Source: Faecousia sp. (GTDB lineage Bacteria > Bacillota > Clostridia > Oscillospirales > Oscillospiraceae). From it: a stretch of DNA of 64,000 bases. Below the pieces are notes generated by a model that was given only the letters and a program-made list of their open reading frames with translations, was not told where the DNA came from and searched no databases. A program made the translations under genes and the position numbers. Of the stretch, positions 55,899-64,000 are shown one piece after another (within the stretch, counting starts at the first letter, position 1; the number at the start of each line of letters is the position of its first letter). The stretch lies in contig JAZRUE010000051.1 in assembly GCA_045652345.1 (NCBI GenBank), forward strand, positions 2,506-66,505. The letters are read 5' to 3'.

Positions 55899-57963
55899 AG
55901 CTGATCTTATTTTCGTAGGTGGGAACTTCGTTATCCAGCTCTGTGGAGAAGTACACATCCAAAATGGCCTTAGCCACATTACCCAGTGTACCACCGGAGC
56001 CAGTATATTCGCCATACACCGCAATAGCGATCCGGGGATTTTCCGCAGGGGCAAAGCAGATGAACGCGCCGTTGTCCGTTCTGCCGGAAATACCGTGCTG
56101 TGCAGTACCGGTCTTTGCCGCGATCTTGATGGGATAGCCCCGGAACACGCCGTAGGCCGTACCGCCCAGGGTGTGAGCGCAGTCGATCATACCTTCCAGG
56201 TAGGACTGGTAAGCAAAGTCGCTGATCTCCAGCTGGGACATCACCGCCACATCACTTTCCAGCAGCTTGGTGCGGTAGTCGGAAGACTCGATACGATTCA
56301 GCAGAGTTGCCTTGTAGCGAGTACCCTGGTTGGCCAGCGCCACCGTATAGGAGCACAGCTGAATGGGGGTGAACCGGTTATCAGACTGACCGATGGCAGC
56401 CAGCACCTGGTCACTGATGGACCAGTACTTGTTGTTGCCGGTGTAGAGTCGGGCCTTGGTATCCCGGTTTGCCCGGTAGCCGGTGTACTCAAACAGTTCA
56501 ATACCGGTAGGCTCACCCAAGCCCAACGCCTTGGCGGTGTTATCCATGGTCTCCAGGGTCATTCTGTAGCCCAGTTCATAGAAATAGTAGTTGCAGGAAA
56601 CCCGGATTGCTTCGGAGGCGTCCACATGATAGTGGAGCTGACCGTACTTGGTATAGTTCAGGCAGGAAGCGGTAAAGCCGGGGATCTTCTTATAAATACC
56701 CTTATCTTCAATTTCCTCTTCCACCGCCACAAAGCCGTTGTCAATGGCGGCAATGGCCATGGCCACCTTGTAGGTAGATCCGGGAGGATAGATCTGCAGC
56801 AGCGCCCGGTTATAGGTGGGCCGCAGAGGGTCGGCAATCAGGTCGTTATACACCACGTGGAACAGTTCCGGATCATAGCTGGGATAACTGCCGCAGACCA
56901 GCACCTGGCCTGTGTTCACATCCATCGCCACAACCGCCATGCCTTCCGCATCGTGGCCGTCGCCGCTTTCCTTGGCAGTCATTTCTGCCGCCAGGCGGGC
57001 CATTTCGTCCTCAGCCGCTCGCTGCAAGCTCAGGTCCACGGTGATTCGCAAGTTTGCACCGGCCTTAGGCTCCCGAATCCAGCGGCGGGAAACCAGCGTG
57101 CCGTCCATAGCCACCGTATCTTCCCGGAGGCCGTCCACACCGTGCAGATAAGATTCATAGGCTGCTTCCAGGCCGCTCTGACCGATGTCCGCGTCCATGG
57201 CATAGCCGTCCACATCCTTGTAATGTTCCCACTGCTCTGCAGTGATCTTACCCACGTGACCCAAAATGTGGGCCGCATAGGTGGTGGTGTACTCCCGGAC
57301 GGTGGATTCTTCCACGTTCATACCCGGCACACCCAATTCCACGATGGCGCCCAGGGCTTCTTCGTCCGCGTCGTACTTAAATACATAGTTGGGCAGAGTG
57401 CCCACGCAGTTCCGCAAAGCCATTTCATAGCGGATGCCAATGACGGCTCTGGCTTCTTCATCGGTCCATTCCTCGGGGAATCCGTAAATATCCCGCAGGC
57501 GCTGAATCAGCACCGGAGCGGTAATATCCGAGTCCAAACCGCCGATGTATTTCAGGTAGGACTGGTAATAGCTCTGCTTTGTAGAGGACTGCTGATTCAG
57601 CGTGTAGGTAAAGGGCCGTTCCTTGGTAATGGGGAAGCTTTCACTGTAGGTGATGCCCAATGCCTGGCACTGTTTCACCAGTCGATAAATATGATCGTTG
57701 GTGCCGCTGGAGCTAAGCAGCACATAGTGGTTCAGTTCCAGGTTAAAACTGGTACGGTTGCCCACCAGCACATTGCCGTTGCTGTCCAGGATATCTCCCC
57801 GGGCGGCTTTCACTCGGGTATAGGTGGTAAAGGTACTTTGGTTCTTGGCGTAGCTGTCGGGATCCAAAATCTGCATATCATAGAGCTTGAATCCATAGAA
57901 CACCATAACCAGCAGGAAGCCGATAACCACCATCAGGGTTCTTCTGCGACCTACTCTCTCCAT
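55897..57963 (-). CDS. mrdA: penicillin-binding protein 2 (class B transpeptidase)
   Basis: RG.I.D.NG, G.SGLE..YE, S..K (PGSTYK), SCN and KTG motifs. Downstream of mreCD. Confidence 0.85.
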   Translation of the reverse strand: MERVGRRRTLMVVIGFLLVMVFYGFKLYDMQILDPDSYAKNQSTFTTYTRVKAARGDILDSNGNVLVGNRTSFNLELNHYVLLSSSGTNDHIYRLVKQCQALGITYSESFPITKERPFTYTLNQQSSTKQSYYQSYLKYIGGLDSDITAPVLIQRLRDIYGFPEEWTDEEARAVIGIRYEMALRNCVGTLPNYVFKYDADEEALGAIVELGVPGMNVEESTVREYTTTYAAHILGHVGKITAEQWEHYKDVDGYAMDADIGQSGLEAAYESYLHGVDGLREDTVAMDGTLVSRRWIREPKAGANLRITVDLSLQRAAEDEMARLAAEMTAKESGDGHDAEGMAVVAMDVNTGQVLVCGSYPSYDPELFHVVYNDLIADPLRPTYNRALLQIYPPGSTYKVAMAIAAIDNGFVAVEEEIEDKGIYKKIPGFTASCLNYTKYGQLHYHVDASEAIRVSCNYYFYELGYRMTLETMDNTAKALGLGEPTGIELFEYTGYRANRDTKARLYTGNNKYWSISDQVLAAIGQSDNRFTPIQLCSYTVALANQGTRYKATLLNRIESSDYRTKLLESDVAVMSQLEISDFAYQSYLEGMIDCAHTLGGTAYGVFRGYPIKIAAKTGTAQHGISGRTDNGAFICFAPAENPRIAIAVYGEYTGSGGTLGNVAKAILDVYFSTELDNEVPTYENKIS

Positions 57964-58529
57964 GTTTCGCCTCCTATTGCCTGGATCCGCAGGAACAGCG
58001 GATACAAAATGGGTACCGCCAGCACGCTGGTTCCCGCAGTGATCAGGAAGCCCCAAATGCGGCTGCCATAGGTTTCACCCAGGAAGACACCGATGCCAAA
58101 TACTGATAGCTCATAGGCCAGCATGCACACCGCCACGCACAAAAGGGCAGTGCCAAAGCCCCGCTGCAGATGGGCCTGCCGGAACATACTGACGCACACG
58201 CCAAACACCGTGATAAACACGATGCAGTAGGCACCTCCGGGCGTACCGGTGTACAGATACAGCCAGGAAGCGATCAGAGTGAATATGCAGCCACCCTCTG
58301 CGCCTTCCAGAATACAGATCAGGAAGATGGCGCAGGGCACCAGCTCCGTGGTGGATTCCATCAGCCGTACATTGCTGAGCATCACATCCTGCACCACGCT
58401 GATCAGCACCAGCATAATGCTATAGAGGGTCCACTTGAGAATGGTCTTTCTCTGGCTGGGGGAAATATACAGTTTGTGCAGGATGGTGGTGCCCACCTTA
58501 TCCGGACGGAAACTGCGATCTTTTTTCAT
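57951..58529 (-). CDS. mreD: rod shape-determining protein MreD-like
   Basis: Polytopic membrane protein between mreC and PBP2. Confidence 0.65.
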   Translation of the reverse strand: MKKDRSFRPDKVGTTILHKLYISPSQRKTILKWTLYSIMLVLISVVQDVMLSNVRLMESTTELVPCAIFLICILEGAEGGCIFTLIASWLYLYTGTPGGAYCIVFITVFGVCVSMFRQAHLQRGFGTALLCVAVCMLAYELSVFGIGVFLGETYGSRIWGFLITAGTSVLAVPILYPLFLRIQAIGGETWRE

Positions 58530-58532
58530 ACC

Positions 58533-59363
58533 TTACTCGGCCTCGTAATCCAAAATAACAAATACCTGCTCCAGAACACCGATTTCCACGGCAGGTTCCA
58601 AAATAGCATACTTTGCAACGCCGGTTTCTTCGTGTCCGGCATCGATCACATAGCCCAGAATCAAATTCCGGGGGTAATAGGTGGAGCCGGTGGACACCAC
58701 CTGATCGTTGTTATGGGGGAACGCGGAAACGGGCAAATGGTTCATCCGCAGCTTCGTAGCGGTGCCGGAGGAGTAGCCGCCCCTTACCATGCCGCTGTCA
58801 CCGGTGGAAGAAATGGTGGCCCGGATCTCCAGGGAGGAATCCAGCACTGTCTTGATCACCGCATAGTTGCTGCCAACCTCGCTGACCAGCCCCACCAATT
58901 CGCCGTTGGCGGTGATGGCGCACATATCCTTTTCAATGCCTGCGTTGGTGCCCTTATTGATGGTGATGGTGTTCTTCCAGTCCACAGAGCTTCTGCCGAT
59001 GACATAGGCATCCAAAAGCACATAATCCTCATTGGCCTGCTTCAGTTCCAGCAGCGCCCGGAGCCGTTCATTCTCACGGGTCACAGAGTCTGCCCGGCGG
59101 GCATCGTCCTCCATCTTGGCGATCTGCTGCTTCAGTTCCTCATTTTCTGCGGCGATCGCTTCATAGCGGAACATATAGCTGTAAACCTGCTCCGCACCGT
59201 CGGTCAAACGGCTGGCGCCGGAGCGCAGAGGGGCCAATATACCCTGAACGGTGTTGCCGCCCACATCTGTTTTCATAATACCGCCCAGGATGGCGATAAC
59301 CACCACCACCAGCACCGATAGAATCAGCACCACCTTAACCCGGGTAGAAAAATAATGCTTCAT
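58533..59363 (-). CDS. mreC: rod shape-determining protein MreC
   Basis: TM helix, coiled coil EN.RLR.LL, TINKG...GI and LVG.V.EV motifs. Confidence 0.9.
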   Translation of the reverse strand: MKHYFSTRVKVVLILSVLVVVVIAILGGIMKTDVGGNTVQGILAPLRSGASRLTDGAEQVYSYMFRYEAIAAENEELKQQIAKMEDDARRADSVTRENERLRALLELKQANEDYVLLDAYVIGRSSVDWKNTITINKGTNAGIEKDMCAITANGELVGLVSEVGSNYAVIKTVLDSSLEIRATISSTGDSGMVRGGYSSGTATKLRMNHLPVSAFPHNNDQVVSTGSTYYPRNLILGYVIDAGHEETGVAKYAILEPAVEIGVLEQVFVILDYEAE

Positions 59364-59920
59364 CGTGTTTCCTCCATGATTTTTTCCAACATCAGACCCA
59401 GCCGGCACACCGGAAGACCCATCACATTGTAATAGTCTCCCACAATGCCCTCCACAAATCGGGCAGCGCCGCCCTGGATTCCATAAGAACCCGCTTTATC
59501 CATGGGTTCTTTGGTGGCAACATACCCCCGGATCTCCTGCTCCGTCAGGGAGCGGAAAGTAACCTGGGTCACTTCTGTGTGGGTCAGCACCTGCTCCCCT
59601 TTCAGCACGCAAACCCCGGTCATCACCTGATGGGTTCGGCCGGAAAGGCTGCGGAGCATATGCACCGCATCTTCTGCATCCTTCGGCTTTCCCAGCACCT
59701 TTTCTTCCAGAACCACCACCGTATCTGCACCGATCACTATTTGCTCCTCTCCGGGGCAAATGGCAGCGGCTTTCCGATGGCTAAGCCGGGCAACGGCTTC
59801 GGCAATGGGCAGATCCTCCATGGTTTCGTCCACAGAGGCCACCTGCACCCGGAAGGGGTGTCCCAGCAGCTTCAGCAATTCCTGCCGCCGGGGTGACTGG
59901 GATGCCAGAATGATTTCCAT
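59360..59920 (-). CDS. maf: Maf nucleoside triphosphate pyrophosphatase
   Basis: ILASQSPRR.ELL, GADTVV, GKP and DKAG.YGIQ motifs. Confidence 0.95.
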   Translation of the reverse strand: MEIILASQSPRRQELLKLLGHPFRVQVASVDETMEDLPIAEAVARLSHRKAAAICPGEEQIVIGADTVVVLEEKVLGKPKDAEDAVHMLRSLSGRTHQVMTGVCVLKGEQVLTHTEVTQVTFRSLTEQEIRGYVATKEPMDKAGSYGIQGGAARFVEGIVGDYYNVMGLPVCRLGLMLEKIMEETR

Positions 59921-59932
59921 AGGTTTTTCCTT

Positions 59933-62017
59933 TCAGTCCAATCCCCGCAGATACAGCCCTCTTGTGGAGGTGCCGGGATCAAAGGGCTGGGGATTATCGC
60001 AGCTTGCCAGCACCTGATCCACTTCGTTGGGGTTTTCCGTTGTAAAGTAAAGTCGAAGGGCCCACAGACCCAGCTTCTGCAAATCATAAGCCCGGTCCAG
60101 CCAGTTCAGCTTCTTGCCGTTGAGCAGCACGCTGCGGCAGCTGTTGCCATCCTTCACCACCGGGAAATCAGCGCCGGTCTTATCTGTCAGACGGGTGCCG
60201 GACAGATGGCAGGTGCAGTTTCCGGTGCGACCCCGGATCAGGCAGTTTTCCGTCACCATCAGGGGCAGTCTGCCATAGGCCAGAATTTCGCAGGGCACAG
60301 CCTTGCTCACATCCCGAATCTGGGGAAGGGTCATTTCAAAGCTGAGGCAGGCAGAGCGCAGTTCCATTTGCTTTACCATATTCACAGCCGTAGAATTAAA
60401 GAGATTCAAGCCAAAATCGCCCCGGATGGCCATACCACATTCCCGAACGGGCAGCAGATGGCCCAAATTGCCCACCAGGGCTTCCCGGACACCGGAGGAC
60501 TTCACCAGCCGCAGATTCTGCTGCAGACCGCTCATTTCCCCATCGTGGAGAATCCGGGGCAACACAGCGCAAACCCGCACATGCTTGCAAAGTTCCGTGG
60601 TAAAGTTCAAATCCGCCGCCAGCACGTGCAAAGGCACATACAGCACTTCCGGCTTGGATTTCAGCAGTTTTCTCGTAATCTGTTCCCGAGTGGTCACCTG
60701 CACCGTATAGCCGGGCTGCATCCGGGAACCAGGGTGGATGGTGGGCTTTGCCCACTTGCCCAGCTTGGGGGTTTCTGTTCTGCCCCGCAGAGCAGTCAGT
60801 TGATTCAGGGCATCCCGGCGCATAGCATTGATGGCCGAGGCGGAAAGAATCAGGCCAGGCATCAGTGCCACCTTTACCTGCCGGCAAAGATAGGGAGTAC
60901 CACCGGTCTTTTCCAGGCGGTTGGCCAGTTCTTCTGCGGTTAAATCCTTCATTCTCGCCAGCTCCGGCACGGGACCGTTTGCTGTGCAGGATCTCCCCTG
61001 CTCGTCATATACAGTCAGTGAGGAGCCTTCCGGCTTCACGTGTACTTCAAAGCGAATAGGCACCAGGGATTGCTCCGTGGCTTCATAGGTCTGCCGCATT
61101 TGCTTGAGCCAGGCGGCACTTTCTTCCTTGTCGCTGCGGATGCCAAACATGCCATTGCCCAGCTTGCCGGTGTAGTAGCCATCGGTAAAGCCCTGCCGGT
61201 TGAAGGCGATGTGGAGCTTTTCCATCATATCCTTGGTCACCGGATTGCCATTGGCAGCCTGCCGGTAAACAGAGGTGACTGCCGCCACATACTCCGGCTT
61301 CTTCATACGACCTTCCAGCTTCACAGAGGTGACGCCCATGGCTTCCATTTCCTGCAAATAGGTAACCAGGCAGTTATCCTTCAGGCTCAAAGGATAGGTA
61401 TCTGCGCTGTGCCGGCCGTAGCCGTAGCTTTGACGGCAGGGCTGTGCGCAGCGTCCCCGGTTGCCGGAACGGCCGCCGATGGCTGCGGACAGATAACATT
61501 GACCGGAATAGCACATGCAAAGAGCGCCGTGGCCGAATACTTCAATTTCAATGGGAGAATTCTGACAGATGTAGCGAATCTCCTCCCGGCTCAATTCCCG
61601 GCTCAGCACCACCCGGGAAAGACCCCAGGCGCTGCACAGCTGCACCCCTGCCAAAGAGTGAATGGTCATTTGGGTGGAGCCGTGGAGAGGAATGTGGGGA
61701 GCGATCTGCTGGCAAAGAGAAATCACGCCCAAATCCTGGACAATAAAGGCATCCACGCCACACTTGGCAGCATGCTGGATCAGCGTGGCAATATCCCCGG
61801 TCTCCTTATCCGAAACCAGGGTATTCAGGGTCAGATGCACGGCAACGCCCCGCACGTGACAGTATTTCACCGCTTCTGCCAGGGTTTCCGGGGTAAAATT
61901 CTTTGCGCCTTGGCGGGCATTGAATTTTCCGCAGCCTAAATATACCGCGTGAGCGCCGTTTTGAACCGCCGCCCGAAGGGCATCCATAGACCCGGCAGGT
62001 GCCAAAATTTCCAACAT
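59933..62017 (-). CDS. U32 peptidase-family protein with DUF3656 (RlhA-like RNA hydroxylase)
   Basis: EILAPAG, HGALC..YSGQC, NRG.CAQPCR and KLEGRMK motifs. Confidence 0.88.
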   Translation of the reverse strand: MLEILAPAGSMDALRAAVQNGAHAVYLGCGKFNARQGAKNFTPETLAEAVKYCHVRGVAVHLTLNTLVSDKETGDIATLIQHAAKCGVDAFIVQDLGVISLCQQIAPHIPLHGSTQMTIHSLAGVQLCSAWGLSRVVLSRELSREEIRYICQNSPIEIEVFGHGALCMCYSGQCYLSAAIGGRSGNRGRCAQPCRQSYGYGRHSADTYPLSLKDNCLVTYLQEMEAMGVTSVKLEGRMKKPEYVAAVTSVYRQAANGNPVTKDMMEKLHIAFNRQGFTDGYYTGKLGNGMFGIRSDKEESAAWLKQMRQTYEATEQSLVPIRFEVHVKPEGSSLTVYDEQGRSCTANGPVPELARMKDLTAEELANRLEKTGGTPYLCRQVKVALMPGLILSASAINAMRRDALNQLTALRGRTETPKLGKWAKPTIHPGSRMQPGYTVQVTTREQITRKLLKSKPEVLYVPLHVLAADLNFTTELCKHVRVCAVLPRILHDGEMSGLQQNLRLVKSSGVREALVGNLGHLLPVRECGMAIRGDFGLNLFNSTAVNMVKQMELRSACLSFEMTLPQIRDVSKAVPCEILAYGRLPLMVTENCLIRGRTGNCTCHLSGTRLTDKTGADFPVVKDGNSCRSVLLNGKKLNWLDRAYDLQKLGLWALRLYFTTENPNEVDQVLASCDNPQPFDPGTSTRGLYLRGLD

Positions 62018-62182
62018 ACCGTTCTCTCCGTCTTTCTGTAGTGGTTGTACGCATACTTTTGCTCATTATAACACATTTTCTTTCCGTGTTCTACCCCGTT
62101 CAAAGAAAATTCCAAAAAATTTTATCCTTTTCCCAAAAAACGGAAGAACCGGGACCTGCAAACTGCAGATCCCGGTTTGGCA

Positions 62183-62458
62183 TTAAAATGTGTAGCCTGC
62201 GTCCAAAAGACGCATCAGGGCGGTGTTGGCCTCCTCGTCGGTAAACAGGGCAGTGTGGGCTTTGCTGATAGCCAAAGCCTCCAAAGAAAGATCCAGTCTC
62301 CCCTTCTGTGCCAGCGTCCCAAAGCCATCGCTGTCCCGATGTCCCCCAAGCTGTTTTTTGGCAAGGGTCAGACTCAAAGCATCCGGACGAAGACGCACGC
62401 CCAGTTTGGCAGCTTCCTGCCGGGCCTTTTCCCAGGCGGCTAAGAATTTTTCTTCCAT
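62183..62458 (-). CDS. hypothetical protein
   Basis: ATG 62458 overlaps the hisS stop. 91 aa, followed by a terminator-like hairpin at ~62147-62177. Confidence 0.55.
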   Translation of the reverse strand: MEEKFLAAWEKARQEAAKLGVRLRPDALSLTLAKKQLGGHRDSDGFGTLAQKGRLDLSLEALAISKAHTALFTDEEANTALMRLLDAGYTF

Positions 62459-63810
62459 CAGTCCTCCAAAATAATGGGGCCGCAGTCGGCAAGGCTTTCC
62501 AAAATCAGTGCCGCCGCCGCCTTGGCATTGGCGCTGACCTGATTGCCGGTGCGCATATCCTTCACAGTGCAAACGCCCTGAGCAATCTCATCCTCGCCCA
62601 GCAAAATGGCATAGGGCACACCCAGTTTGTCTGCATAGCTCATCTTCTGCTTAAACTTCTTCTTTTCGGCGTACAACTGCACCCGAACACCCTGCTGACG
62701 CAGTTCCTCTGCCAAAGAGATGGCAGGCGTCATATCCTCTGTCATAGGCAGCACCAGGGCATCTGCCGGAGCGCTGGGCAGGTTGGGATTCAGCAAGCCC
62801 TGCTCATCCAGCACATAGAAAAGCCGGGTCAGGCCGATGGAAATGCCCACACCGGGCAAAGCCTTATCGGTGTAGTAGCCTGCCAGGTTGTCGTAACGGC
62901 CACCGGAGCAAACAGAGCCGATCTCCGGGTGATCCAGCAGCGTGGTTTCATAGACTGTGCCGGTGTAGTAATCCAGGCCTCTTGCGATGGTCAGGTCCAC
63001 TGCAAAGTTCTCCTCCGGCACACCGAAAGCCCCCAGATTCTGGGTAACCGCCTGCAGTTCCCCAAGACCCAGATCGAACACTTCATCTCTGCCCTGATAG
63101 CCTTCCAAGGCGGCAAGCACCTGGGCATTGGTGCCACGGATGGCGATAAACTTCAAAATTTCATCGGCCTGGGTTTCGGTCAAGCCGCAATCAGCGATCA
63201 AAATTGCCTTTACCTTCTCCTCGCCGGTCTTATCCAACTTGTCCACCGTGCGCATAATGTCGCCGCTCTTTTCGGAAAGGCCCATCATGGCGTAGAAGCC
63301 GTTGAGGATCTTCCGGTTGTTCACCCGGATCTGGAACTTCTGCAAACCGAAGCCGCGGAACACCCGGTAAATGATGGCAGGAATCTCTGCTTCATTCATG
63401 ATATCCAGCTTGCCGTCACCGATGATGTCGATGTCTGCCTGGTAAAATTCCCGGAAACGGCCTCTTTGGGCCCGTTCGCCCCGGTAGACCTTGCTGATCT
63501 GATACCGGCGGAAGGGAAACACCAGGTCGTTATAGTGGAGCGCCACATACTTGGCAAGGGGCACAGTCAGATCAAAGCGGAGCGCCAGATCGCTGTCGCC
63601 CTTTTGGAAACGGTAGATCTGCTTTTCCGTTTCACCGCCGCCCTTGGCCAGCAGGATCTGGGCATCTTCAATAACGGGGGTATCCAAAGCAGCAAAGCCG
63701 TAAAGGCTGTAGGTTTTCCGTAAGGTTTCCATCATACGCTCAAAACCGGCCTGCTTGGAAGGCAGCAGTTCCATAAAACCGGAGAGGGTACGGGGCTTGA
63801 TTCTATCCAT
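62458..63810 (-). CDS. hisS: histidyl-tRNA synthetase
   Basis: LRFDLTVP, YRGER...GR.REFYQ.D.D, RGLDYYTG and GGRYD motifs. Confidence 0.97.
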   Translation of the reverse strand: MDRIKPRTLSGFMELLPSKQAGFERMMETLRKTYSLYGFAALDTPVIEDAQILLAKGGGETEKQIYRFQKGDSDLALRFDLTVPLAKYVALHYNDLVFPFRRYQISKVYRGERAQRGRFREFYQADIDIIGDGKLDIMNEAEIPAIIYRVFRGFGLQKFQIRVNNRKILNGFYAMMGLSEKSGDIMRTVDKLDKTGEEKVKAILIADCGLTETQADEILKFIAIRGTNAQVLAALEGYQGRDEVFDLGLGELQAVTQNLGAFGVPEENFAVDLTIARGLDYYTGTVYETTLLDHPEIGSVCSGGRYDNLAGYYTDKALPGVGISIGLTRLFYVLDEQGLLNPNLPSAPADALVLPMTEDMTPAISLAEELRQQGVRVQLYAEKKKFKQKMSYADKLGVPYAILLGEDEIAQGVCTVKDMRTGNQVSANAKAAAALILESLADCGPIILED

Positions 63811-63868
63811 TTTCCTTTATCCTTTCTTGGAAAATTGCCCGCCATAAGCGGGCAATATATGTATGATC

Positions 63869-64000
63869 TTAATAACGCTTGTTATGCAGCATTTCCCGCC
63901 AGTCCAGGTCGCCTCTTTGCAGACCCATAATGCAAACTTCTGCGCTGGCAAGGTTGGTGGCCACAGGCACATTGTGCTTATCGCAATGGCGAATCGTTTC
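63869..64000 (-). CDS. mgsA: methylglyoxal synthase, C-terminal end (partial)
   Basis: Manual translation: R.CD.HNVPVATNLASAE..I.GL.RGDLDWRE. Confidence 0.75.
   Translation of the reverse strand, partial: ETIRHCDKHNVPVATNLASAEVCIMGLQRGDLDWREMLHNKRY

Noticed and set aside
63811-63868. T-box leader for hisS
   Set aside because: The intergenic space is under 60 bp, too short, and has no T-box motif.

Overview
Chromosomal window of a GC-rich, spore-forming Clostridia bacterium (Oscillospiraceae-like; inferred from sigK, gene style and intergenic repeats). It has four blocks. (1) 1-15.5 kb: a compact, apparently intact siphovirus-type morphogenesis and lysis operon on the minus strand (TerS, TerL, portal, scaffold, capsid, neck, tail, tape measure, baseplate, endolysin). 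It directly abuts the housekeeping lgt/M16-peptidase operon, and no integrase, repressor or functional replication genes are visible. Its TerS appears to lack the N-terminal HTH, a duplicated phage-late-type promoter has no cognate activator gene here, a replication-initiator-like gene is truncated, and host repeats occupy its intergenic spaces. Together these make it a strong candidate for a domesticated gene-transfer-agent (GTA)-like element. (2) 15.7-22.5 kb: lgt, two M16 peptidases, a GH35 beta-galactosidase and an RDD protein. (3) 22.5-48.7 kb: a large Gram-positive glycan-utilisation locus. It contains GH13, GH20, an ABC importer, two paralogous unclassified TIM-barrel hydrolase domains, two giant secreted proteins built from an unnamed ~185-195 aa tandem module, a sugar-phosphate epimerase and dehydrogenase, and a DeoR regulator. 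(4) 48.8-64 kb: sigK, an IS30 with a nonsense-disrupted transposase, nrdR, DegV, maf-mreC-mreD-PBP2, a U32 protein, hisS and the end of mgsA. All calls come from reading the sequence and recognising motifs; no database searches were run.
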